Notes: generated from the sequence alone by a model not told the origin. A DNA stretch of 64,000 nucleotides from Antedon mediterranea (GCF_964355755.1 NC_092670.1:25964795-26028794); one strand, 5' to 3'; counted from the stretch's first letter, positions 39,873 through 53,058 are shown. Made by a program: numbers and translations.

Positions 39873-40433
39873 CTACGATTGAGCCAGAAGATTGCGTCTT
39901 TTTAGGGTAAGATCCTCTTGGATAGATATTCCAGAGCCTTTTAATTTCCTTCTCACTGTTATAACGTTTCTTCGACTTCTATATAAGGTAAACTTTACAA
40001 TAATTGGCCTAGGTCGACGTGCTTTAGCATTCTTTCGTCCTGTTCGGTGTGAGCGGTCAATGTCGTGTAAGTTGATGTTTACACGCAGCTTGCTGCTTGC
40101 TAATTTGCATACTAATTCATCAATGTTCTCGTTGTCAGATTCAGGCATTCCAAAAATTCTGATATTATTTCTTCGTGAATATTGCTCTAGATCATCAACT
40201 GAGTTGTGTATATTGTGCATTTCAGTTTTTATATCATCTACAAAGGAGCTGATGGACTCAAAATCATTTGTTATGTCGCCTATTTTGCTTTCACAAACAA
40301 CTAGTGAGCCTTCAACACGATCGATTCTATCCATATTCGCCTCAAGGCTTTTCTTAACGGTTTTGTTAATTAAGTTAATAAATGTTTCATTTGAAAACGT
40401 ATCCAAAATTAGCTTACCAATAAGTTCAGCCAT
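39873..40433 (-). mobile_element. LINE ORF1p (coiled coil plus L1-type RRM), probably belonging to the L2 at 35053-38430
   Basis: LEQYSRRNNIRIFGMPE...IDRSHRTG...PRPIIVKF...ISIQEDLT; same strand and upstream of ORF2. Confidence 0.85.
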
Positions 40434-40519
40434 TAATGGTCCATTAAAAGCTTTTTTGATGTTATGTTTTCATCCCTGTATTTCTTAATATTTACAGCCT
40501 ACAGGCCACACTTTTTATC

Positions 40520-42671
40520 CAAATCTCACCAAACTTGATGAAGTATGTGATGTTCATGACCATCCTCAAAATGTACATTAAAGGAAACTGGATCTAACTG
40601 AGGTAACCATTTTGGTCTCCCTCATAAAATGATCTCTCATGCGTTTCTCGTCCTGCTATCATTGTAGCTTGTTTATCCAGTGCATAGTTCTCCATATTAG
40701 GGCAAACTAGGTCAAGTCGAGACCTAGGACGTCTTTTCATTGGTAATTCTGCTGGTGACTGACCAGTTGTTGACTGTGGTGACAGTCTGTATTTTGCCAG
40801 GAATCCATATAATCTTGACTCCAAGTCCTCACCTACAGTTTTCTATAACCTCTCTTTCGTAGTTTGCACAGCTCGTTCCGCTAACCCATTGCTGGCTGGA
40901 TGGTATGGTGAACTACAAATATGCTTAATACCATTCTGTTTGCAAAAGGTCTGCTCATAACTCATAACTGGTAAATGGGGTATCATTGTCTGATACTAAA
41001 CTCCATGGCACACCATAAGTTGCAAAGGTTTGACGTAACTTGATTAAGGTAGCTGCTATTGTGCTTGATGCCATAATATGAGCATCAACTATAACTAGTA
41101 TCATTTTCCCTTCAAACGGGCCTGCATAATCAATATGTATGAAATACCATGGTTTCCCTGGCCACTTTCATGGATGAAGATTTGCTTTTGGTAGTGCTTT
41201 CCCATACTGCTGACAAGTAGAGCATCCTTGAACAGTAATTTTTATGTCCATGTCAAGATTAGGCCAACAAATATAACTCCTTGCCAATGATTTCATAGGC
41301 ACAATGCCATGATGACTTTCATGTAATTCTGACCATAGGCTCTCTCGGCCTTGAGCTGGGATTATAACTCTTGAATACCAAAGTAAACAACCTTTCTGTG
41401 TGGAAAGTTCGCTCTTTTTGCGATGGTATGTTTTGAATTCTTTCTCCCACTCCGGAAGGCCAACCTTGGAGTGTATATTTAAGAACTGCAGAAAACAACG
41501 AATCTCTTGGTCCATTTCGCTATCTGCGGTGCAGTCACTGGAGTATCGTTCAGCAAGTTCATTAACTGTACAATTTAAGTAAAGGAAATCCATACTCAAA
41601 TACATCAATGGTTGCTGCAGTCGCCAATTGCACCGGAATCTCCATATATGTTTGTATGTGCATATTATTTGCCGGTGTGGTTGACTTGCAAACTGAAGCA
41701 AAGTGGTTTGATCTTTTACATTTATGTCATTTATGTTTTCCCCAAGCTGTGCAAACTTTATCAAGCTTCTCTTTACCATGACAACCTCCACATCCTGTGC
41801 AATGATGGTTATTTATTTCTGGCTTTGCTTTATGTTTACCTCCTTGCTTCCCTCCATATTTCGGTTTTCGAGGTTGGTAGTACTTCTGTTTGTGTTCTAC
41901 CACATGTATAGTTTTTTCTGTCTCTACACCTCCCGCCATTGCTTTGGCTTGTACCTGGATGGCTTCTAGAGTTCGACCAAATGTAAGTAATGCTTTTAGT
42001 GTCATGTTTGCTTCACTTAAGCCCTTATTGTGAACCTTTACAAGTTGACAACAATAGATAATTTGCGATTTTATCTCCGATTTCTTATCCTGGAACTCAC
42101 AGTTCTTTGCTAGTTGGCATAACCTAGCATAGTATTTGTCCAGCAATTCAGTGGGGTGCTGGGCAGCTTGCCTGAACATAAACACTTCATATTCAACATT
42201 ATGTTTACGCACAAAATATGTTGTCAATTTTTCTTTTGTTTCTAAATAACCTTCGTGGTCTCAGATTTGAACGGTGAAATAGAAGTGTCCATTGCTGTTC
42301 AATAATATAGATGTATAATAGTACAGTAGGCAGATGCTAGCCTATGTTAGTTGCTAATGAATGTGATGCGCATCCTTGCTGGTACCGGACAATGCAATCA
42401 CTTCGCTGATCGATGATAATGATTCTACTGTAGCATAGGCCTACTTGCCGATGGCCTAAAATCGTGCTATTTCACCTTACTTGTAGCCCAAGTAAGTAAT
42501 AAAACGTTCATTGGGTAAAAATCCTCAATGCCAATTATGTAATGTTTGGAAACACCAAATACTAAAACAGTTCTTTAAACAGTAAACTTTTAATTGAATC
42601 ACTCTATCATACAAAGGTACAACTAAGCAATGAGGCGCTATATGTGACGTCACAGCTAGCGCTGTACTACA
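40520..42671 (-). mobile_element. Internally deleted Gypsy LTR retrotransposon: 5' LTR (42538-42671), PBS, gag, integrase
   Basis: LTR TGTAGT...ATTACA then taat-tggcattgagg (PBS-like); gag FMFRQAAQ...CEF with zinc-knuckle remnant; integrase LHESHHG...ARSYICWP...[32 protein letters not shown]. Confidence 0.85.
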
Positions 42672-42904
42672 AAAGCGTGTTTGGAACAGAGCAGTTCAGT
42701 TTTGAAAGTGAAAGATCAAAGATCAAGGTCAAAATTCACAAAAATCTATTTATTTATGATATTTCATTGGCTATAGGTCACAGGTTTCAGAAACTTGTTG
42801 AACTTGCACACAAGGTTCAGAGTCAAATCTGACATCATTACAAGCAAAATTATTTTTGAAATAAATAGTATAAGATAAACAAACTACGGTACCATAAATT
42901 GACA

Positions 42905-43208
42905 ACACATACTGCTATAGATATAGGGCTACAGTCAATAATAACACATACTGCTATAGATATAGGGCTACAGTCAATAATAACACATACTGCTATAGAT
43001 ATAGGGCTACAGTCAATAATAACACATACTGCTATAGATATAGGGCTACAGTCACATACTGCTATAGATATAGGGCTACAGTCAATAATAACACATACTG
43101 CTATAGATATAGGGCTACAGTCAATAATAACACATACTGCTATAGATATAGGGCTACAGTCAATAATAACACATACTGCTATAGATATAGGGCTACAGTC
43201 AATAATAA
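42905..43208. repeat. 39-bp minisatellite, about 8 copies (one 30-bp deleted unit)
   Basis: acacatactgctatagatatagggctacagtcaataata repeated; explains periodic ORFs on both strands. Confidence 0.95.
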
Positions 43209-43412
43209 AGAGGAGATTCACTTTTTAATGGAGGTTCGCCTGAACAAAAAACGTCTACCCAACCCATGCCTGATAGTGGCGGTAGTGGACACTGTGAAGT
43301 TGAGTAGTTATTAAAATTATAGTCCTAATTTACAGATTTTAGTATTATATTCTTTAATTGGAATTTACACTGTTAGAATGCTTGTAATAAAAATAACTTT
43401 AAAAATTCTCAC

Positions 43413-43543
43413 CTTTTATTTGGCAGTAAATACATCTTAACATATGGATATCGAGCTTCTTTGTTGTCTCTTGCTGGTAAATTTTGAGCAGACATTATTG
43501 TTACAATTACTTCTAGACTTTGAGAATCATAAACTAATTTGAG
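43413..43543 (-). CDS. RIMS: RIM/UNC-10 exon: start of C2A domain
   Basis: attttgcag|CTC AAA TTA...AAT AAA AG|gtgaga; LKLVYDSQSLEVIVTIMSAQNLPARDNKEARYPYVKMYLLPNK matches RIM VKLWYD...LPARVDGRPRNPYVKMYFLPDR. Confidence 0.95.
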
Positions 43544-43954
43544 CTGCAAAATAATTCATTTGTATCGTGATAGAAGTACATTATTGGAGATATATATAAT
43601 TTAGACCAAAAAAATCATTTAAATTGCCTTTAGATCGTTTTATGATTTTGATAAAATTGATAATAATACTGATGAGATTTTAAAGGGGGGAAAGGGAAGG
43701 TTGTACTGGTTAAGGAAACTCAAGACTTTATAAGTTGAAATGGTCATCCAATAGATTTTAGTCGTAACATTTACTGCTTTGTTTGCACATATTACAGAGA
43801 AGAATAAAACTATATAGATCAGTGGTTAAAGATGCGAGTGATGTGTACAAAGGATCAGGTGCCGTTTTCGGCCACCTCGACTTATATGGACTATACCATT
43901 ATTATGATAGGGGTGTGGTGTATTATGTTTTATGTAGAGAAGGGTGTCTATTAA

Positions 43955-44491
43955 AGATGTATTGTCCCTTGAAACACAAAAAAATATTCTAAATTTAAAG
44001 TGGCCATATCAAAGTAATATTAAAGTTATTCACTTTAAGTCGAAAATTTGAGCCAAAAACAACAAGTTTACGTAATTAACAGGTAAATTAGTTTGATTAC
44101 ATTTCATCTGGAAAATCGTCACGAGCGAAAGTAAACAAAGATTTCAAACCATGAGTACGCATTATGCATATGCTAAATTAGGATTGTTTACAACTCTCCA
44201 CGGTTAAGAAGGTATTTTCACACAGATCATGAGGAAGTTTTATGATTATGCATACAGAGTAGCCAAACAAGCGCGTTTCATTATGGGATATGTTTTGATT
44301 GAAAACTTTGACTGGAAGTCAAAGTTATTTTTTTAACAAAAAAACGTCTGTATTTCAGTTAAAATTTTTTTTTTTTTCGATAAATTTTTGGTGATAGTTA
44401 ATAACTATTATGATACTTCAGAATGACCCACCTTTTTTCGAAATCTTTTATTTTTTATTTTTTTGGAATTAGTCAAAGAGACAATACATCT
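43955..44491. mobile_element. Kolobok-like MITE (TTAA TSD)
   Basis: ttaa|agatgtattgtccc...agagacaatacatct|ttaa. Confidence 0.75.
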
Positions 44492-44679
44492 TTAATGGGA
44501 AGACAATACAATTGTTCTGTTATGTAACCTACAGTACAAACTACAAGGAACAATACAGAACATCAAAAAGTAGCATTTTAAAAAGGCATGTTATTATTAG
44601 GTAGGCCTAGTGTTAGGGAATGCCAAGATTTTGTAACAATATTACTATATTACAATATTATTATATTATATTAAGATAT

Positions 44680-45562
44680 TTTATATAAAACTAACTTTAT
44701 AGACAAATTTAATGAAGAACCATCTACTAACTGGATAAAGCCATTTAGGAAAAAATAATAATAAACAAGTTGATCATAACGAGTGGTTTTCAAAGGCACA
44801 ATGCAAAACACAACGTTAACGGAATATACTATGTATAAAGGAACCAAACCTTGAACAATATTTGTTAGATAAAACTAATTTTAAGAGTATCAATTTAAAA
44901 TTTAAAGCAAGATCAAACTCTCTAGATCTTGAGGGTCGTAGAAAATCCTGGTCAAATCATGACACAGGATTATGTAAGATGTGTAGTACAAACGAAAAAG
45001 AAACAGTAAACCATTTTGTTATTTAAATGTCCTTCATTAAACTCTGTTAGACAATAATTAAGTATGTACCGGGATAATTTTAATTGTGGACCTCAGTTAA
45101 AACACCACTTTATGCTAGACAATTTATTCACTGAAAATGAAACATTAGGAAAAATCTTTGATTTTTATTGTAAGACATAATTAATGAAAGCATGGGTTAC
45201 TAGATCTACAATGTTATCCGCATTACCTCTCTCAACTAATTGATTAATATAGTAAACAAGCTACATACATCTCTATGAGGATGTATCTGTAAGTTTTATT
45301 TCTTAGGCCTATCCTGTATTTTTGTTGTTCTGTTTTTATTTTTGTAGTTATATATATTGTACAATTTACGTATTATGTATTTTCATACAGATCTATAAAT
45401 TAATTAATTAGTTTACATTTTGTTTTGATGTTATGTATTAGTATTTAGAACTTTGTGGCTTATGTTATTTGTAATTTTGTCTGTAAATTGGATGCACCAT
45501 TAACTGATAAATGTGTGACACCGATATAAAGGTGATTCCTATGAATAAATAAATAAATAAAA
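44680..45562 (+). mobile_element. LINE 3' fragment with C-terminal CCHC finger (RTEX-like) and (AATA)n tail
   Basis: LCKMCSTNEKETVNHF...KCPSLNSVR at about 44970-45052; aataaataaataaataaa at about 45544. Confidence 0.6.
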
Positions 45563-45999
45563 ACTATATAAGTAGGTATACTTACTTATTATATATAAAA
45601 ACTAAACTAAACACTACAGTATAATCAAAATTAAAGCATATTAAATACTAGGCCTATGTTATTCCTATCTAGATTTAAACACTTTAAATTTTTGTACAAT
45701 CGGATTCGAAATTAGAAAATCTTAAATACTACAATACAATCGGAATTAAAACATCCTAAATACTACATTACAATCGGTTAAATTACCTAAACTCTATAAT
45801 GTTGTGAAATATGTACGAATGTTGGCAAATGCATTCTAATCGGCCCAATCCTATCGGTAGATAAATCATATTTTTTATTTTCTTGAACTAAACATAAATA
45901 AAACGAAAGAAATAAGGATTGATTTTCGAAAACATAATTGGTCTGACAGTATACATTAATTAAAGTAAAGGAAGTAGAGATTGTTAACAATTATTGATA

Positions 46000-46385
46000 A
46001 GTATCTGGCAGTAGTGTTTGACTAAAGCTAAATGGGTGGACATGTTGATCGTAGTTAAGAGGTTAAATACAAGGCTGTACTGCTTGAGGAAACTCGGTTC
46101 TTTGGGGTAAAGCAGGATATTTGTACTATAGAATGTTTATGTTTTACTAATCAGTGATGTTCTATTTGGGCATATTGTATATTGGGCTAGGAATATCAGT
46201 AAGGGAATGTAAGGGGGATAAAGACCGAATTGAGAAGGTGCTGGGTAGAGCGTGGAAAGTAATTGGTTTGTCTAGTATGCAAATGCTTGACTCGTTCTAC
46301 AGTGAACAGCTTGCCGATGTATTCCATGCTATATTGGAAGACACCAATCATCCTCTTCATGGCGACATTATCAGCTCCGTTTTAC
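46000..46385 (+). mobile_element. Degenerate LINE ORF2 C-terminal fragment (Rex1/L2-like)
   Basis: KYLAVVFD, RLYCLRKL, ILEDTNHPLH remnants. Confidence 0.5.
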
Positions 46386-48286
46386 ATTCGCTATTATAAC
46401 GTTTTGATGCAAACGTTGTTCAATTAAAACATGTATTTCTACACAGAAACGTTTAAAAACGTGTTTAAAACATTTTAGAAAGACCAAACCTAAAAACATG
46501 CAATGTCAAACGCTGTGTTTTCTGGGAACAAAATGGTACAGATTCACTGACAAAATTATAATGTTTATTGTTTTACCAGGGAAGAGTTAATAACTCTTCC
46601 CTGATAAATGTACTACTGTCATCTTTATTAAATGTACTACTGTGTTATCGTTAGGTAAATTATATTTTTTATTTGTAGGCCTAACTGGAATAAAAACTTT
46701 CTTTATATACTTTCTGTATCTATAAATCTGTAAAAATTATATAGAAATAAAGAGCCATAATATACTGCATTAACTTGAAAACTGAAATTAATTCTACAGC
46801 ATGCAGGGCGTAGTTGTTTTCCCTTTGTTGCTGAAACAACAAGAAAAACAAAAGAACAAAAGGAGCAGTATTTTAACACATGAACACAGTCAATTAATAA
46901 ATGGGACACCCCTATTTTCCCATCTTTTTATAATGGTATAGTCCATACAAGTCGAGGTGGCCGAAAACGGCACCTGATCCTGTACAAAAAACAAAATCTA
47001 AAGAAAATTATGAAAAACTGCTCTCATACATTATAAAATGATTTTATTAGCAACAAATCTGGCAGAATTAGACCACTTAAATCAAACAATTCATGTTTTA
47101 GACTATCTTTCATTCCAAACGCAATACACATTTTAATTCAGAATGGATATGAAAAGGGTTCCAAAATTTTCATTTTCTGTTTTCAACACGTAGTATATAC
47201 TGTTACATACTACTGACTGTAATAGTAAATTTCGGAGATAAAGCATAGAAAACATCCCAAAGAAATGGAAAAAATCTAATTTTTCTTATTATAACATTGT
47301 TTTGTTTTTAATTAATATTGTACTACTTTTCTGAACGATATCTAGCTTCAGCGGGCATTGGGCCTAGAGCGCCGTTTCCCAATCTACGTATGGGTCGCGA
47401 CCCAAAATAATTGATGGGATGTGACCCAAAGAAATTGATGGGTCGCGAAATTGTTTCCGATACTGAAACTTGTTATCAATTATACACTGTTCTATATGTG
47501 AAATGTTCTCATTTTTGTAAAATCTACAACACCGATTACATTTTACATCTACTGTCTCGTGGCGCGGAACCCTTCTAAACCGCTTGGCTCTGGTGATAAA
47601 GCATATAGCCTTCCTAGCTAGGGCCTCGCATTCCAACGACGCTTTAACACAGCCATTTTAACCCAATAAAAATGTTATTCCATTAAACAATAACATTAAC
47701 AGTTCAAATATTATTTAGAGTTTTGAAAATACCACGTTTAAGTGTAATTTATACAGACAAAGTGTAGGCCTAATTATAATAAATCTGTTTCAAGAATCAA
47801 GAAATTTACAAAACTAGCTAGCTCCATGACACTACAAGTACAAATAATAAGAGTTCAATCGCCACTATGTCGTTCAAATGCTAAGCACTGCGTTGTCCAA
47901 ATGACAGGCACTACGTCGTCCAAACGTCTGTGGTAAATTCATGAATATTCATTCGATGTTTTAATGAGGACGGCCACCGTTTCGTAGTGTCCAAGATTTT
48001 GCTGCTTGCCTGGATCCATTTTTTGTCATTTGGGATATTCGATGTATTACGCCTAATGGCATTTGGTGAATGACGAAAGGTTATATTTCATCATTCACCT
48101 CATGTCATTATTTGTACAATTACACTCATAAACATTCATTAGTTGTATATTATAATTTCCATTTCCGGAAACCTACTGTAGCAGCTCTATTTTTCAAAAT
48201 TTTATTTAGCTCAGCCGCAACCATTACATTTTTTTTAGTAGCTCATACACATTGTGTACATGTACAATAAAGTTCATAATTACTAA

Positions 48287-49869
48287 GGGTCTGTTTCTGC
48301 TGCATAACGCAATTTAACCGGTTATTTTTAAATAGATTAAAAATAGATAACAATAACAAGACCGCGTTTCTGCTCAATTTGTGCTCCGAAATAACCGGTT
48401 AAATCTATGGGTGGTCGTCGAGCAAAACGTCATCATTACCCAAAATGCAATACACTCAGACGGAAGTAGTAAATTGGCTGTTTGTTTACATCGACGTCGT
48501 GAGTACACACGTGTGTATATATCGCCGAACATCTCACTCAAACATGTTAAAAAAATAAAATGTTGTCTCCAGGTCTACAAGTTTTGTTTTTTGTAAAGCC
48601 TACTTACATCGCTAATAAAATTAATTCTCATGGCGCCTTCAATAACATGATGGAGAGGGTCGTGCAGCGCCCGATCGCCTAGGATAATTTTTATCCTCAA
48701 CAAAGGCGATGAAATACGGCCCTTCCCACGTGAACGACTGTTGTCTTTCGCGAGCGCGGTCCTACAAAACACCAAACGGAAACAAAAACGAGACTCAGAT
48801 TGTTGCAATACTTACCAAACGAGAGTAGATAATTGTTAATTAATTATGAAAACCCAACTTTTATATCAAAAATCGTCCGAGTTTAAAAACGATTAGTTTA
48901 GCCACAAAAACTTAAATAAAACGAGAGTAGCCAAGTCATAGATTATCGCACGCACATAGTGCCTTTAATAAAGTAATGAGTATTGAACATCATTTCTATG
49001 CTTAATAAAATCATATTTAATATATTATCAAAGGCTCTGATTACCTTTGTTTTCGGTCGATGTGATGTTTTTCTAAAAAATTATATTATGTAAAACGATC
49101 AAAGTAAGAATGTTCATTGTTCTCCTATTAAAGGCACTAAGGGCGTGCCATAAATACGCTTGTTTGGATTAAGTTTTTGTTGCTAAATTCATCGTTTATA
49201 ACATAAATTCGGATGATTTTTGCTATAAAATGTGGGTTTTCATAATTAATTAACCATTATCTACTATCGTTTGGTAGGTATTTGCAACATTCTGAGTCCC
49301 TTTTTTGTTTCAGTTTTGGTGTTTATATAGGACCATCCATACCCTTCGCGAGCGTGTACTAACGCCTCAAATTGCTTAGCTTGGGTAGTCCCCGGAACTC
49401 CACCCCAAACTCCTCTTTTACTTTCGCAAAAATGCTCTTATTTATTATCTGTGATTCTTTTCTATTGCCTGCCATCCTTCCCCGTACTTTCTCTCCCCCC
49501 ACAACTGAATAACATATCTTGTGATTTCATTCATCCACATACATGTTCACTTCTTCGTTCGACTGTCAAAACCACGAGGAAAACACACATCGTATGCGAC
49601 GGTATCTGACCCGGGGTCACAACTGTCAATCAAATAACCGTTATTTCGTGTTGCAGCTAAGAATTGCTCAGCGATAACCGGTTAAACGGCGTTCTAACAC
49701 CGATTTAAATTGGTGTTTTTAACCGGTTATTTTGCGCTGCCTTTTAACCGGTTACCACAAATTTGTCCTGTTTCTGCTGCCAAGAAAATGGAGTTAATTT
49801 ATTCACACCGATTTTAATTTATTCACACCGATTTTAACCGGTTATTTTTGATGCAGCAGAAACAGGCCC
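48287..49869. mobile_element. PIF/Harbinger-like MITE with nested internal foldback (about 48757-49335)
   Basis: cTAA|gggtctgtttctgctgcat...atgcagcagaaacaggccc|TTAg; repeated AACCGGTT subterminal palindromes; internal inverted arms of about 200 bp. Confidence 0.7.
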
Positions 49870-50082
49870 TTAGTCTCCTATCAATTAAATTCTTTGAGGC
49901 GCCTATATTGATGTGCTTGTAAATTGAAATGACCTTAAATTGCTCAGAGAGCCTGGCTGTTTTTTGTTATCCCCTCAACCTTTCAAATATGGCTAAAATT
50001 CTATATTTTGTCAGCCACTTTTAATTTCAAGTTGGCAGTCTTATTTTTTAGTGTATATTTAAAAAAAAAATATAATTCTTAC

Positions 50083-50222
50083 TTGCAAATCACCATGTGG
50101 TGATGCACCTGTAAGCTGTGTACTGCTGGGACTTCCAGGAGATGTTACTGTTACTGATGGCCGCTTTATAGGTTGACTTATTTCATCTTTACTACTTCTA
50201 GAAGCAGATTCATATCCACTGC
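50083..50222 (-). CDS. RIMS: RIM/UNC-10 exon: linker preceding C2A
   Basis: ctcttacag|GC AGT GGA...TTG CAA|gtaaga; SGYESASRSSKDEISQPIKRPSVTVTSPGSP...HGDLQ matches RIM SSFES...RPSISVTSP...GQL. Confidence 0.9.
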
Positions 50223-50860
50223 CTGTAAGAGAATTTTTATATACTTATTTGTTGTACATTTTGCACAAACATAATTGAGTGAAATAGCGTATTATTTTTT
50301 AAGGTGTGTTACAACCGCTAATATAGCTAACGCCAGCTGGTGTAGTAAATAAATATCAACACCAGCTAATGTGCCTATTATAGTATGCTCATATTCTTGA
50401 GCTGTGCCTATTATGTGTCATAATATAGATTATAACTGTATATCTATATAATTTCGGAAGATAATGAACAGTGGTGGCGCCAGCAGGGGCTATACACTTT
50501 ATGCATTCTGACTGACAGCAAAGTAAACAGTATGTGGTACGCATTTGTCGACTGGCTGTGTCTCGACTTTGTACGAATCATTCATGGCCCATCCGGCTCA
50601 CTGCGGTATACGCGTCGACATATCTGGGCTGTATCATATTACATCCAGACACCAAAATGTGTATTTTCCAGATTCCAGGCGAAAATCGAAATTCATTTGC
50701 AACTACGCATCGACGTACGTTCGTATCGTCATAACTGTCAAAATTTGCAGGGGCTTCGCACTTCGCACCCCTTTGTTGGCCCCGTCGGGGCCAACAAAGT
50801 TATACATTTTCTTACTGTTCAATAATTAAAATCGCATAAAATAGAAAAAGTAAAATGTAC

Positions 50861-51149
50861 GATATACAAAATAGGTTGGAATTTCTTAAACTACGATTAC
50901 AAAAATTCAATTTATTTACATATTAATTATTATTTAATTTATTTTTTTATTTTTTTTATATTAATTTAATTTGGTTAAAAATATTATTGCACAATATTAA
51001 TTGTATGATATACAAAATAGGTTAGAATTTCTTAAACTACGATTACAAAAATACAATTTATATACATAATTATTATTATTTAATTTAATTTTTTTTTTTT
51101 TTTATATTAATTTAATTTGATTAAAAATATTATTGCACAATATTAATTG
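50861..51149. repeat. Tandem duplication of about 146 bp
   Basis: gatatacaaaataggtt(g/a)gaatttcttaaactacgattacaaaaat...aaaatattattgcacaatattaatt occurs twice. Confidence 0.85.
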
Positions 51150-51289
51150 ACCAAACAAATTGTAGTAGAAAAATACAAAATTACAACAAAAAAAGTTCAG
51201 TGTAGAATAGATTTGATGATTTCAATAATAATTAGTTCATTTATTAATGTTATTTAAGTAGGCCGCGGCATCAATATAATACTATACTC

Positions 51290-52860
51290 AAATTGAAATC
51301 AATCATTGAAGTGTGTTTTAAGTGCCCTTTCAAAAATGTTCAAGGAGGAAGCGCTGCGGAGCTGGTATGGAAGAGCATTCCATAGAGTCAGCGCGGCCTT
51401 CATGAAACACCTTTCACCATACGATTTGGTTTTAGTAAAAAGTAAAAGATTCCTATGATCGTGATAGCCTATTTGGTTGATAAACCTTCAGCATATCATT
51501 GATGTAAGTCAGCTCCTGATCATGTAGTAACTTATACTTTATGCGCGCCTGCACCGGTAGCCAATGGAGCTCCTTCAAAATAGGTGTAATGTGCTCATAT
51601 TTACTGGTTTTCGTAATAATTCGCGCTGCCGTATTCTGGACTTTTTGTAATTTATTGATAGTTGTAGTCGGCAGACCATAAAATAAGGCGTTACAATAGT
51701 CCATACGTGAGATCACCAGCAACTGTATTAATGATTTTGTGGCATCATATGTTACGTTACATGACGTCGAATATGAGAGATGTTACGTAAGTGCATATAA
51801 CACTGCCTCGAGATGGATTGTAGGCCTACATGTGAATCCATAATAAGATGTTTATCGAATATTACTCCGAGGTCTCTCACAGTCGACGTTGGTTTTAGAA
51901 CTATGTTTCCGACATTCACGTCCAAATTTATACTGGTCTAATTTTCTGTGATGAAAAGAGTATCACTTCCGATTTTCCGTCATTTAATTTCATGTCATCC
52001 ATACCAATGACATCCAAAACTCATTTTGCCATCGAAATTAGAGCAGATTGTATTTCTGACTCTGAAAAGAAACGTACATTTGCGTATCATCTGCATACAA
52101 ATGGTAGCCAAGCCCATGTCGCCGAACGATGTCTCCAATGGGCTTTGTGTACATCGAATAAAACTTTGGTCCAAGGACCGATCCTTGCGGCACTATATAA
52201 GAGGAAGTGGATTTGAACGCGCATTAATAATGGACACTGACTTATAACGATCCTTCAGATAGGATGCAATCCATACTAGGGCATTTCCACGTACTCCCGA
52301 CATGATGACAAAGCCGTTGAAGTAGTGTCTGATGGTCGATCGTATCAAAGGAGGCCGAAAGGTCAAGTAGTATAAGTGCAGAAGTGTAACCCTTGTCTAG
52401 AGACGCGATAATGTCACTCTGGACCTTCAGAAGGGCAGTCTCTATTGAGTGAAATTTCCTGTATGCCGACTGATTGCACTCATGAACGCCATTATTTATT
52501 ACAATATGTTCTTCTAGGCTTGCGTCTAGAATTTTCGACATGAATGGCAAGTTAGATACAGGTCTATAGTTCTTGAGAGTCTCTGGATCTAGGTTACGTT
52601 TCTTTATGAGAGGTCTAAGAAGGGCATGTTTAAAATCACATGGAACGTAACCCGTATGTAGTGATGCATTGACAATAGCTGTTATCAAAGGGAGAAGTTC
52701 CTCAAGGCACTCCCTCAGAAGCTATGTCGGTAGAGGATCTAATTCACATGACTTACTCTTTGATTTTAGGATGATTGTTCGCACTTTGTCTAGAGAAACC
52801 ATCATATATTCCAGTAAGGGTGTTGCATCAAATGTCGCCTCTCCAGGATCTCTCTCTTGA
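51290..52860 (-). mobile_element. L2-clade LINE RT region, degenerate
   Basis: KSCELDPLP, NYRPVSNLPF, LLDLSASFDTIDH, YADD (about 52066-52077), SRMDYCN, TPILKELHWLP, FEKALKTH-like end. Confidence 0.88.
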
Positions 52861-53058
52861 GCATTAACTATGTCTTTTGACTAATTTTCATGAAAAATGA
52901 GGCACTCGTGTATAAGACCACCCAATAATTTAAAGATCTACAGTGTGTTCCGTAACACATTATTTTGCATTTGGCGACGTCCATAAAAGATGAAACCTTT
53001 TATAAATATTATATTATAAATACAATTTCTTCAATATTTTCCTGATACAATTATTATT

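Larger units (their letters stand above)
43852..46980. mobile_element. Non-autonomous DNA transposon with about 47-bp TIRs and 8-bp TSD (Merlin- or Mutator-like), with nested inserts
   Basis: tgtacaaa|ggatcaggtgccgttttcggccacctcgacttatatggactataccatta...taatggtatagtccatacaagtcgaggtggccgaaaacggcacctgatcc|tgtacaaa. Confidence 0.85.

Noticed and set aside
39892-40488. 198-aa plus-strand ORF
   Set aside because: Antisense shadow of the LINE ORF1p on the minus strand.
42850-43228. Repetitive ORFs on both strands; CRISPR-like periodicity
   Set aside because: Head-to-tail 39-bp units with no unique spacers; eukaryotic context and no cas genes.
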